From the NCBI GenBank assembly GCA_041661765.1, contig JBAZTV010000002.1, forward strand, positions 74,212-138,211: 64,000 nucleotides of DNA. Reading direction: 5' to 3'. This document shows, in pieces, positions 28,516 to 38,091 of the stretch. Numbering within the stretch: the first letter of the stretch is position 1; the number at the start of each line of letters is the position of its first letter. Under the pieces are notes generated by a model. The model saw only the letters and a list, made by a program, of their open reading frames with translations, ran no database searches and was not told where the DNA came from. The translations under genes and the position numbers were made by a program. The DNA is from Candidatus Shapirobacteria bacterium. GTDB lineage: Bacteria; Patescibacteriota; Microgenomatia; UBA12405.

Positions 28516-29487
28516 ATGAAAACTCCTATCTTTTCGATTATTATTCCAGTCCGACAAATCAATCCTTATCTAAAAGAAACTTTATTAAAATTAAAAAAAC
28601 AATCAGTTAAGAATTTTGAAGTATTAGTCATAACCGACGAAATTTCTGGATCAGCCAATCCTTCAGAAAAAAGAAATCTCGGCACTAAAACAGCTAAAGG
28701 GGATTATTTGGTTTTTTTTGACGACGATTCTTTTCCAAGTAAAAATTATTTTAAAAACGCTTTTAAATTAATCACCAAAAATCCCACTTTTGCCGCTTTT
28801 TGTGGTCCATGTATTACCCCACCCAAAGATAATTTATATCAAAAAGCCTCTGGTCTAGTTTGGTCTAGTTGGTTTGGTAGTGGCGGTGCTGGTGTTTATC
28901 GAAACAGTGTTCAAAAAACCCGTTTTGTTGATGATTATCCTTCTGTTAATCTCATTGTCAAAAAAAGTGATTTTAATTTAGCTGGTGGTTTTGACAGTTC
29001 TTATTGGCCCGGCGAAGATACTGTTCTTTGTTTAAAATTAGTCAAAAAACTTAATAAAAAAATTTATTATCACCCATCTTTAATTGTTTACCACCATCGT
29101 CGTTCAGTAATTATTCCCCATCTCCAACAAATTACTCGTTACGCCATCCAGCGTGGTTTTTTTGTCAAAAAATTTCCAGAAACCAGTCGAAAAATTGGTT
29201 ATTTTATTCCCAGCATATTTACTCTCTATATTATTTTAATAACAATTTTTCCATTAAATTTTTTATTTAAACTACCATTATATTTATATTTATCAATATT
29301 ATTTTTTACTTTTTTAAAATTTATTTTTCAAAAAAACAATCCCAAAGTTTCATTTTTAGCTGTAATTTCCATACCTCTTACTCATCTTTACTACGGTATA
29401 CTATTCCTACATGGCTTATTCAAAAAAGAAGTTACATTTAAACCTCACAACTTCGATCCACAAACCGGAAAATACATCGGTGGTTAA
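28516..29487 (+). CDS. Glycosyltransferase family 2 with C-terminal transmembrane segments.
   Basis: IFSIIIPVRQINPYLKETL...FFDDDSFP. Three or four C-terminal hydrophobic helices. Confidence 0.8.
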   Translation: MKTPIFSIIIPVRQINPYLKETLLKLKKQSVKNFEVLVITDEISGSANPSEKRNLGTKTAKGDYLVFFDDDSFPSKNYFKNAFKLITKNPTFAAFCGPCITPPKDNLYQKASGLVWSSWFGSGGAGVYRNSVQKTRFVDDYPSVNLIVKKSDFNLAGGFDSSYWPGEDTVLCLKLVKKLNKKIYYHPSLIVYHHRRSVIIPHLQQITRYAIQRGFFVKKFPETSRKIGYFIPSIFTLYIILITIFPLNFLFKLPLYLYLSILFFTFLKFIFQKNNPKVSFLAVISIPLTHLYYGILFLHGLFKKEVTFKPHNFDPQTGKYIGG

Positions 29488-30910
29488 ATCAGTTTCAATT
29501 TCCTATCCGCCATTAGAATCTAAAAAAGGCACTCCTTTTTTATCCCAAAATCGTCAATTTCAATGGACAAATACTGGAAATGTAATTTATCCAATTATTC
29601 CTGCCTATGCCGCCACTTTGTTAAAAAGTAAAGATTTAAAAATTTTTTGGGATGATGCCATTGCTCAAAATTTAACCTATAAAGAATGGTTTAAGCAGTT
29701 TCAAAAAAACAAACCTGATTTAATTGCTATTGAGACTAAAACCCCAGTCGTCAAAAAACATTGGCAAATTATCAATCAAATAAAAAAAGAATGTAAATGG
29801 AAACCGATTATCGTTTTAATGGGTGATCATGTCAGCGCTCTTCCAGAAGAATCAACCAAAAACTCAAAAGTCGATTTTGTTTTAATTGGTGGCGATTATG
29901 ATTTTTTATTAGATGAATTAATCGAATTAATTAATCAAGGTAAAACTCCAAAAAACAAGATTTTTAAACTTCAAAAAGGTCACGATTTAAATTCCTTGCC
30001 AATTATTGATCGACAACTAACTCAATGGCAACTTTATGCTTACAATAATACTAATTATAAATATAAGCCAGGATCATACATCATGTCAGGCCGTGACTGT
30101 TGGTGGGGAAAATGTACTTTTTGTTCTTGGACAACTCTTTTTCCAGGTAAAAACTTTCGCCATTTTTCTATCGAACACACTTTAAAAGAAATTGAAAATC
30201 TTGTTTATAATTTTGGTATCAAAGAAATTTTTGATGATTCAGGAACTCTTCCTATCGGCCCTTGGTTAAAAGAATTATGTCAGGCTTTAATTAGTCGCGG
30301 TCTAAATAAAAAAGTAAAAATCGGCTGTAATATGCGTTTTGGTGCACTTTCTTTGTCAGAATATAAATTAATGCACCAGGCCGGCTTTCGTTTCATTCTA
30401 TATGGTCTTGAATCCGCCAATCAATCAACTCTCAATTTTATAAATAAAAATGAAAAAACCTCTGATGCTCTAAAAACTCTAAAAATTGCTAAGGCTGCCA
30501 AACTCGAACCACACATCACCGTCATAATTGGGTATCCCAATGAAACTCTGGAAGACGCTCAAAAAACTTTAAATTTAGCCAGAAAAATTTTTAAAGACGG
30601 TTTAGCTGACAGTCTTCAAGCCACTATTTTAATTCCTTACCCTGGCACCCCACTTTTTAAATATTGTCAGGAAAATAATTTACTTTTAACCAATAATTGG
30701 GATGATTTTGATATGCGTCAACCGGTGATTAAAACGCCGATTTCTTCCGCTCATCAATTAAAATTAGTTCAGGGTCTATTCAAAGGCATTCTCACTCCCA
30801 AATTTATTTTAAAAAAAATAATTTCTATTCGATCTACAAAAGATATTCGACATCTTTCCAATTACGCTTTTAAATATCTTAAAAAATTAAAAGATTTTTC
30901 TAAAAAATGA
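29411..30910 (+). CDS. Cobalamin-binding (class B) radical-SAM enzyme with a non-canonical CX4CX2C cluster motif.
   Basis: N-terminal B12-binding-like Rossmann region (KPIIVLMGDHVSALPEE), then GRDCWWGKCTFCSW at 30098-30124. Homologous in layout to 36576-38090. An alternative GTG start at 29480 would cut the overlap with the upstream gene from 77 to 8 bp. Confidence 0.8.
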   Translation: MAYSKKKLHLNLTTSIHKPENTSVVKSVSISYPPLESKKGTPFLSQNRQFQWTNTGNVIYPIIPAYAATLLKSKDLKIFWDDAIAQNLTYKEWFKQFQKNKPDLIAIETKTPVVKKHWQIINQIKKECKWKPIIVLMGDHVSALPEESTKNSKVDFVLIGGDYDFLLDELIELINQGKTPKNKIFKLQKGHDLNSLPIIDRQLTQWQLYAYNNTNYKYKPGSYIMSGRDCWWGKCTFCSWTTLFPGKNFRHFSIEHTLKEIENLVYNFGIKEIFDDSGTLPIGPWLKELCQALISRGLNKKVKIGCNMRFGALSLSEYKLMHQAGFRFILYGLESANQSTLNFINKNEKTSDALKTLKIAKAAKLEPHITVIIGYPNETLEDAQKTLNLARKIFKDGLADSLQATILIPYPGTPLFKYCQENNLLLTNNWDDFDMRQPVIKTPISSAHQLKLVQGLFKGILTPKFILKKIISIRSTKDIRHLSNYAFKYLKKLKDFSKK

Positions 30911-31509
30911 AAAATTACGATTGGTTCCATTTAATGGAAACATATAAAAACATAGTAAGACCAAATTTTATAGTTCTAGAAATTGGAGCCTCTACTATCG
31001 ATAGAACTAATGAAATAGCAAAATATTGCCAAAAATTAATTGGAGTTGAATATTTAAATGAAAGACTACTTAAAAACCACAATAATATTCACTACCAATT
31101 AGGTGATTGGCAAAAATTAACTAAAGTAATTCCCCAAAACAGTATTGATTTAGCAATTAGTAGTCATACTATAGAACATATACCAAACGATATTAAAGCA
31201 CTAAACAAACTCTATTCGGTCTTAAAACCAAACAGTTATGCAATTTTAAACACCCCAAACAGAAAAAGATTGGTTAGACAGATAATTGAACTATTTACTA
31301 ACGAAAGACAGTTTCCGTATTGGGAACATATTCGTGAATATACTGAAGACGATTTAATTAAATTAATTAAAAAAACTAAATTTAAAGAATATAAAATAAC
31401 TCCAGTTTGTTTTGGTATTCATGGAGGTAATATTAAGTTTTACCTTAAAAAAGTGCCAAAACATTTTAGAAAATTTTCTAATTTTTGGGAAATAGTTTTA
31501 AAAAAATAA
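30907..31509 (+). CDS. Class I SAM-dependent methyltransferase.
   Basis: FIVLEIGASTIDRT (motif I), LAISSHTIEHIPND, LKPNSYAIL. 4-bp overlap with the upstream gene. Confidence 0.7.
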   Translation: MKNYDWFHLMETYKNIVRPNFIVLEIGASTIDRTNEIAKYCQKLIGVEYLNERLLKNHNNIHYQLGDWQKLTKVIPQNSIDLAISSHTIEHIPNDIKALNKLYSVLKPNSYAILNTPNRKRLVRQIIELFTNERQFPYWEHIREYTEDDLIKLIKKTKFKEYKITPVCFGIHGGNIKFYLKKVPKHFRKFSNFWEIVLKK

Positions 31510-31510
31510 T

Positions 31511-32521
31511 ATGACTCAAGTTTCTTTTATTATTCCTACTCTTAACGCTGCTTCTGTTTTAGAAACCAGTCTTAAATCTATTAAAAAACAAAACCTAAAA
31601 AATTACGAAATTATCATAATCGATGGAGGTTCCACTGACAATACTATAAAAATAGCCAAAAAATATCACGCCAAAATTTTAAAAAATCCTCTCAAAACAG
31701 CCGAAGCTGGTAAAGCAGTTGGTGTTCAAAAAGCCATTGGTAAATACATCGCCTTAATTGACTCAGACAATATTCTTCCCACTAAAAATTGGCTCCAAAC
31801 AAATATTGATATTTTAGAAAAAAATTCCCAATTAATTGGTACTGAGCCAATTCGTTTTACTTATCGCCTCAAGGCTGGTTTTATTGAAAGATATTCTGCT
31901 CTTATTGGTGTAAATGATCCTTATGCTTTTGTTTCTGGTGTTTATGATCGTCAAAATTACATCAATTTTAAATGGACAGGCCTTAAAATAGATCAAATCG
32001 ATAAAAATCAATATATTAAAATTACCTTAAAACCAGATTCTCCAATTCCTACTATTGGCGCCAACGGCACTATTTTTAGAACTGATTTTTTAAAAAACAA
32101 TCTAAAATCAGATTATCTTTTTGATATCGATATTCTTGCCGACTATTTAAATAAAAATAAAAAACCAATTTACTTTGCCAAAGTAAAACAGGGGATTATT
32201 CATACTTTTTGTGAATCATCAATTAAAAAATTTATCCGCAAACAAAATCGCCGAATAACCGATTATTTTTATTATAAAAACTACCGTCAATTTAATTGGA
32301 GCCAAACAAATAAATCAGGAACTTTAAAATTTACTTTTTATACAATTTTAATTATTCCCGTTCTTTTGGATACTTTTCGGGGTTTCATACACAAACCAGA
32401 CATCGCCTGGTTTTTCCATCCATTAGCTTGTTTTATGACTTTATATTTATATAGTATAAACACCATTAAAAATAAATTTGGTTTATTAAAACAAATTGAT
32501 AGATCCCAATGGCATCAATAA
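31511..32521 (+). CDS. Glycosyltransferase family 2.
   Basis: VSFIIPTLNAASVLETSLKSIKKQ...YEIIIIDGGSTDNT...LIDSDN. Confidence 0.8.
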   Translation: MTQVSFIIPTLNAASVLETSLKSIKKQNLKNYEIIIIDGGSTDNTIKIAKKYHAKILKNPLKTAEAGKAVGVQKAIGKYIALIDSDNILPTKNWLQTNIDILEKNSQLIGTEPIRFTYRLKAGFIERYSALIGVNDPYAFVSGVYDRQNYINFKWTGLKIDQIDKNQYIKITLKPDSPIPTIGANGTIFRTDFLKNNLKSDYLFDIDILADYLNKNKKPIYFAKVKQGIIHTFCESSIKKFIRKQNRRITDYFYYKNYRQFNWSQTNKSGTLKFTFYTILIIPVLLDTFRGFIHKPDIAWFFHPLACFMTLYLYSINTIKNKFGLLKQIDRSQWHQ

Positions 32522-32522
32522 A

Positions 32523-33518
32523 ATGAAAAAATACTCCTTTACTATTTTCATACCAGTTTATAACGGCGCCAAAACCATCAAAAAAACTCTTTTAAGTGTG
32601 TTCAGTCAAGATTATTCTAATTTTAAAGTTATTATTCAAGACAACAATTCTACCGACAATACTATAGATGTGGTTAAATCTTTTAACCATTCTAAAATTA
32701 AAATTTTTAAAAATAAAACTAGTTTAGGGTATAATGGCAATCTTAACGCTGGTATTAAAAATTGTCATGACGATATTGTTTTGCTTTTAGCTGCTGACGA
32801 TATTTTATCCAAAAATGCATTATCTCTTTATAATAAAGCCTTTAATTTATCAAAAAATATCGGCGCTGTCACTAGACCATATTTTTGGTTCGAGAAAGAT
32901 ATTGATATACCAGTTAGGACTAAAAAACAGTTAAATTCCAAAAAAGACACAATAGTCAAAATTACAGACAATCCCAAAAAAGTAATTCGCGTTTTTGAAA
33001 CTCTCGATCAACTTTCTGGTTTAGCCATGAAATTAAAATATATAGATATATTGTTTGGAAAAGAAGACTGGATAAGTCATGCTTATCCTTTTGTCTCAAT
33101 TTTTACTAAACATCCCATTGTTTATTTAAAAGATTACACAACAGCTGTATATATTGGTTCTAGTGCCACCAGATCTAATATATATCAAAAATCACCAATA
33201 TCTTGCTGGATTAATATGTTAAATTTGACTATTACTAGATCAAATCAACAAATAATTAAGAAAAAAATAATTAAAGATTTTATTGCCACTAACTATATTG
33301 GAATTCTTCAAATAAAAAATTATGGCAGCTGTTTATCTTTATATCGTGAAATATACTTTTTATTAAAATATAGACCAATAAACATTCTTAATTTTAAATT
33401 TTGGTTATTTACACTATTTACTGTTTTTACTCCAAAATTTATATCTAAAAATTTAACTGATTGGATAAAAGAAAAAATAAATTCAAAATTGATAAACCAA
33501 ATTTCTTTTCCTAAATAA
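32523..33518 (+). CDS. Glycosyltransferase family 2.
   Basis: ATG at 32523; the track start at 32496 is TTG. FTIFIPVYNGAKTIKKTLLSVFSQ...KVIIQDNNSTDNT...LLAADD. Confidence 0.8.
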   Translation: MKKYSFTIFIPVYNGAKTIKKTLLSVFSQDYSNFKVIIQDNNSTDNTIDVVKSFNHSKIKIFKNKTSLGYNGNLNAGIKNCHDDIVLLLAADDILSKNALSLYNKAFNLSKNIGAVTRPYFWFEKDIDIPVRTKKQLNSKKDTIVKITDNPKKVIRVFETLDQLSGLAMKLKYIDILFGKEDWISHAYPFVSIFTKHPIVYLKDYTTAVYIGSSATRSNIYQKSPISCWINMLNLTITRSNQQIIKKKIIKDFIATNYIGILQIKNYGSCLSLYREIYFLLKYRPINILNFKFWLFTLFTVFTPKFISKNLTDWIKEKINSKLINQISFPK

Positions 33519-33521
33519 TGT

Positions 33522-34445
33522 CTATTTTTTAGCTACCGCTAGACCCATCGGCCAAAACTGTTTAAAATTAACTGCTATCCATCTAAATATTGGTCTTATC
33601 TTTTTTGGTAAAAAATCAAGCATTATTGGGCATTCTAATCTTTTAATAAAAACACTTTTAAAACCAGCTTTCAAGTGCATTTTTTCTAATTTTTTTACTG
33701 GAAACGACATTTCGTAACCAAAAACCATATATTTCTCTTTAAGAAATTTAATATGAACAAATTCTGCAACTTGTTTTAAAATCGGAAAATCTGGAATATT
33801 ACCCCATATCTGTCGATATGTTAAAGAACCAATATTTAATATTGGAACAGCGTTAATTACTACCCCTTTTTTTGAAGTTACTCTAAATAATTCTCGAAGA
33901 CATTCTTCTGTTTTTTGAAAATGTTCTATCACTCCACCACCATAAATCAAATTCACAGACTTATTTTTTAAAGGAATTTTAAAAACATCACCATGAATTA
34001 AAATAAAATTTTTAATTCCTTGGTCTTTTAGCATTTGTCTCGCTATCTTTAATCCTTTTAGTGAAAAATCAATACCTATCACTAACTTACATTTTTTGGC
34101 TAATATTTGACCAAGAAAAAATGATCCACACCCAATTTCTAAATAAATCGTCTCTTTGTTTAATTTAGACTCCCTTTCTATTTGTCCGCCCCCGTTTATT
34201 AAATAATTTTTTCTTACATCTTCATATTCTTTTAAATAACTTTTTTTTTCTTGCCATTTTTTATAAAAATACTCCCATTTTTTATGACTTAATATTTTTT
34301 CCTCACTTAATTTTGGCAACGTTCTCAATATTTCATCACGATAATCGTATTTTAAACCACATTTTAAACAAATTAACATATCTTTTTTTTGTACCAATTC
34401 ACCTCCACAGTTACTGCATTCAAGAATATCTATAAACTCTTTCAT
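33522..34445 (-). CDS. Class I SAM-dependent methyltransferase with an N-terminal Trm112-like zinc ribbon.
   Basis: CSNCGGELVQKKDMLICLKCGLKY (Cys4), then YLEIGCGSFFLG...LVIGIDFS. It is the only minus-strand gene in a 20-kb run of plus-strand genes. Confidence 0.75.
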   Translation of the reverse strand: MKEFIDILECSNCGGELVQKKDMLICLKCGLKYDYRDEILRTLPKLSEEKILSHKKWEYFYKKWQEKKSYLKEYEDVRKNYLINGGGQIERESKLNKETIYLEIGCGSFFLGQILAKKCKLVIGIDFSLKGLKIARQMLKDQGIKNFILIHGDVFKIPLKNKSVNLIYGGGVIEHFQKTEECLRELFRVTSKKGVVINAVPILNIGSLTYRQIWGNIPDFPILKQVAEFVHIKFLKEKYMVFGYEMSFPVKKLEKMHLKAGFKSVFIKRLECPIMLDFLPKKIRPIFRWIAVNFKQFWPMGLAVAKK

Positions 34446-34478
34446 CCTTTATAATATAACAATAATCTTTTAATTTAT

Positions 34479-35378
34479 ATGGGATTAACAGCACCGTCAC
34501 TAAAATTCATTTTACTTTTAAATAAAAAATATAAATTTAAAGGTCCACTTTTAACATACGGTAATCAAGATATATATGCCGACCTCAAAACAATTAAAAA
34601 ATGGACAAAAGAATATAAATTACCTAATATTTCCTCCAAAAAATATTATAAAAGCAGTAGTTTGGATTTGAAACAAATTAATCCAGAATCGAAAAATTTT
34701 GTTCATGCTAAAACATTTTTTAAACAAATTGGAATCAAGGAAAGTAATTATTACGATGTTGATAAATTTGATTTTGATAAACCTAAAATTATTCACGATT
34801 TAGAAAAACCCTTTGATAAAAAATACAATAATTTTTTTAATCTTATCATTGATTCTGGTACCATGGAACATATTTTTGATATTAAATCGGTAATGGTAAA
34901 CACTGTTAAAATAACTAAACTAGGTGGCTATGTTTTATATATGATTCCGGCCAATAATTTTTTAAATCATGGTTTTTATCAAATATCACCTACTTTTTTT
35001 TATGATTTTTATACCGCTAATGGATTTAAAATTATTGAGTCCTACATCACTGAAGCAAAACCAACTTGTATCCGTTTTCACAAATATAATCAAAAATTAA
35101 CAAATGAAACATTTTTTAATCCTTTTTCTCGTCTTGGATCAGTATTCTTAGTTAAAAAAATAAAAAATATTAAAAATATCAAAAGTCCAACCCAATTTGC
35201 TTATTCAAACGTTATTGACTCTATACAAAAGAAAAAACAAATAAAACATTTTGATAAGTTTACAAATAAATTAAGAAGAATGGTGCCTTTTAAATATCAT
35301 GGTTTATTTTATATTCCTTGGATAATTTATAAAATTATTTCCACTAAAAAAAATTATTTTGATTTAAGTTTTAAATGA
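34479..35378 (+). CDS. Methyltransferase-like protein (class I MTase fold probable).
   Basis: LIIDSGTMEHIFDIKSVMVNTVKITKLGGYVLYMIP resembles the motif II/III region of class I MTases. I did not see the glycine-rich motif I. Confidence 0.5.
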   Translation: MGLTAPSLKFILLLNKKYKFKGPLLTYGNQDIYADLKTIKKWTKEYKLPNISSKKYYKSSSLDLKQINPESKNFVHAKTFFKQIGIKESNYYDVDKFDFDKPKIIHDLEKPFDKKYNNFFNLIIDSGTMEHIFDIKSVMVNTVKITKLGGYVLYMIPANNFLNHGFYQISPTFFYDFYTANGFKIIESYITEAKPTCIRFHKYNQKLTNETFFNPFSRLGSVFLVKKIKNIKNIKSPTQFAYSNVIDSIQKKKQIKHFDKFTNKLRRMVPFKYHGLFYIPWIIYKIISTKKNYFDLSFK

Positions 35379-36592
35379 AAGATAAAATTCTCTTTATTTC
35401 ATTCTATAATTTTGGTTACGGTGGTTTGAGTGGTGGTGACAGAATATTTATAGAATTAATCAATGGATGGAAAGAAAAAATATCAGTGGGGATAATGGGC
35501 ACAAAAGAATGTTTGAAAACTTTTCAAAAATATCACAATACAAAAAACATTGAAACCTTCATACTTAATTCAAAATTGTCTTTTTCTAAAAAAATAAATA
35601 ATATCCATTATTTACTACACTCAATAAATTGTACATTTTTAAGTATAAAATCTATTTTTAGATATAAAAAATCTATTTCAAAATATAAATATATTTATTC
35701 CGCATCAGATTTTTACCCAGATACTATCCCTGCGTTTTTAATAAAACTATTTTTTAAAGACAAAATATGGATAGCATCATTTTATCTTTTCGCTCCAAAA
35801 CCCTGGCAAAAAAATAATCCATATAAAACATCTTTTTCTAGATTTATTACAGGAACCCTTTATTGGCTTACTCAGAAATTAACTTTTTTTATCGTTTATT
35901 ATTTTGCTGACTATGTTTTTGTTACTTCTAAACCAGATGTGGCAAAATTTATCTCTTCTAAAAGAAATAAGAATAAAATAATAATTATTAAAGGCGGAGT
36001 AGATACTGCTCCATCCAAAAATTTTATTCAAAAAACAAATAATTTTAAATATTTAGCAGTTTTTATTGGTCGTCTTCATCATCAAAAAGGAGTTCTCGAA
36101 CTTATAGACATTTGGAAAAATGTATACCAACTTCTACCATCGGCCAAATTAGCCATAATAGGTAATGGTCAGTTAATTAAAGACGTTAAATATAAAATAT
36201 TAAAAAATAAATTAAAAAATAATATTGAATTGTTTGGGTTTCTAGATGGTAAAGAAAAATTTAATATTTTTAAAACATCAAGGATTGTTGTTCATCCAGC
36301 AATCTATGATAGTGGTGGAATGGCGGCCGCAGAAGCAATGGCATGGGGACTACCAGGTGTTTCTTTTGATCTAAAAGCATTAAAAACATATTACCCTAAA
36401 GGTATGGTAAAAACCAAATGTTTTGATCTTCAAGAATTTGCTAAAAATATAATTAAACTTTCTCAAAATCAAACCTATTATAAAAAAATGTCTGAAGAGG
36501 CAAAAAATCTAATTGAAACAAAATGGTCTTGGAAAATAAGGTGTCAAGAAATTTATAATCAAGTATTTATATTAAATGAAAAAAAAATTTGA
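35375..36592 (+). CDS. Glycosyltransferase family 4 (glycos_transf_1).
   Basis: C-terminal GGMAAAEAMAWGLPGVSFD (E-X7-E region) and LAVFIGRLHHQKG. Confidence 0.75.
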   Translation: MKDKILFISFYNFGYGGLSGGDRIFIELINGWKEKISVGIMGTKECLKTFQKYHNTKNIETFILNSKLSFSKKINNIHYLLHSINCTFLSIKSIFRYKKSISKYKYIYSASDFYPDTIPAFLIKLFFKDKIWIASFYLFAPKPWQKNNPYKTSFSRFITGTLYWLTQKLTFFIVYYFADYVFVTSKPDVAKFISSKRNKNKIIIIKGGVDTAPSKNFIQKTNNFKYLAVFIGRLHHQKGVLELIDIWKNVYQLLPSAKLAIIGNGQLIKDVKYKILKNKLKNNIELFGFLDGKEKFNIFKTSRIVVHPAIYDSGGMAAAEAMAWGLPGVSFDLKALKTYYPKGMVKTKCFDLQEFAKNIIKLSQNQTYYKKMSEEAKNLIETKWSWKIRCQEIYNQVFILNEKKI

Positions 36593-38090
36593 CATAGTTC
36601 TTTTATCTCCACCATCCCGAAGTTTTAATCACTATCGTCCTCCTATGGCTTTAATTTATTTAGCTGGATATCTTAAACATAATAATTTATCATGCAAAAT
36701 TATTGATGTTACTGAAAAGACAGTTATTCGTAATAAAAAATTTTTTGATCAAATTAATAAACACCGCCAATCCATAGAAGACGAAATAATAAAACAAATT
36801 AAAAATAATCCGACCAATATATATGGCATAACTTGTTATACGCCAGAATATTTTGAAGTTCTTGATTTAGCTAAAAAAATAAAAGAGATTAACCCAAAAG
36901 CTACCATTATAGTTGGCGGGATTCATCCAACTCTATATCCAAATGAATTATTTGAAGAAAAGAATACCCCTGTAGATTTTGAAGTAATAGGGGAAGGGGA
37001 AGAAACACTTTTTGAATTATTAACTGCAATTAAAAACAAAATAAATGATTTTTCTAAAATTAAAGGAATAGCATATTTAAATAAAGATAAAATTGTGAAC
37101 AATCCACTTCGTCCTCTCCAAGAAAATCTCGATTGTATATCTTTCGCTGATTACGATCAAATAGATATGGAGTATTATTCAAATGCTTCACCTTATTCTA
37201 TTCGTGGTTGTTTCCTTAGATCAGCCTACCTCCTCGCTACAAGAGGTTGTCCATCCGCTTGTACTTTTTGTGTTGCCAAGAAACTTCGTAATTATAATGG
37301 TGGCGGTAAATATACTCGAGTTCGATCAGCTAAAAACCTAATTAAAGAAATTAAGCATTTATATAAAAAATACCAAATTGATAGTTTTTATTTTATTGAT
37401 GATCTTTTTACTATTAACCAAAATAATGTTGAAGAATTTTGTCACCTTCTCAAAAAAGAAAAACTCCATTTGCTTTGGGGTTGTTCATCTAAGGTTTCTA
37501 CTCTTAATGAAAATTTACTAAAAAAAATGTCTCAATCTGGTTGTATTCAAATTGACTTTGGTATCGAACGTGGCTCTAATAAAGCATTAAATGATATTAA
37601 AAAAGGTATTTCAATAGAAATGATCTCTAAAGTTTTTAATCTCTGTCATAAATTTCATATTAGAACATTTGCTAATTTTTTAGTCAATCTTCCTAATGAA
37701 ACAAAAAAAGATTTAAATGATATTACTAATTTTGCCAAAAAAATAAAACCTGATATCGTTAGTATTAATGTTTTTACTCCATATCCTGGTACTGAAATTT
37801 ATGACCAAAGTTCTTATAAATTTACTAAAGATGAGTACCAAACATTAACCTATGCTTCCATTCTAATTAAGAAATCACCAGAAAAATTTCGTTTTTCAAA
37901 ACATAAAATTGACATTCTATCCTGGGCCAATTCAAAAAACAATGAATTCAACCGCCTTTTACCTAATATTATTTTTCATCTAAGTCCTCGATATTTATCA
38001 ATTATTATTAAATCAAAAAGAAAATTAAATTATTTTAGTCAATTTAAATTTTTAATCCAAGAATTAATTAATCAAAAATATTCAAATTAA
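36576..38090 (+). CDS. Cobalamin-binding (class B) radical-SAM enzyme.
   Basis: N-terminal B12-binding-like domain (ATIIVGGIHPT), canonical RGCPSACTFCV (CX3CX2C), GG motif (YNGGGK). Confidence 0.85.
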   Translation: MKKKFDIVLLSPPSRSFNHYRPPMALIYLAGYLKHNNLSCKIIDVTEKTVIRNKKFFDQINKHRQSIEDEIIKQIKNNPTNIYGITCYTPEYFEVLDLAKKIKEINPKATIIVGGIHPTLYPNELFEEKNTPVDFEVIGEGEETLFELLTAIKNKINDFSKIKGIAYLNKDKIVNNPLRPLQENLDCISFADYDQIDMEYYSNASPYSIRGCFLRSAYLLATRGCPSACTFCVAKKLRNYNGGGKYTRVRSAKNLIKEIKHLYKKYQIDSFYFIDDLFTINQNNVEEFCHLLKKEKLHLLWGCSSKVSTLNENLLKKMSQSGCIQIDFGIERGSNKALNDIKKGISIEMISKVFNLCHKFHIRTFANFLVNLPNETKKDLNDITNFAKKIKPDIVSINVFTPYPGTEIYDQSSYKFTKDEYQTLTYASILIKKSPEKFRFSKHKIDILSWANSKNNEFNRLLPNIIFHLSPRYLSIIIKSKRKLNYFSQFKFLIQELINQKYSN

Positions 38091-38091
38091 A

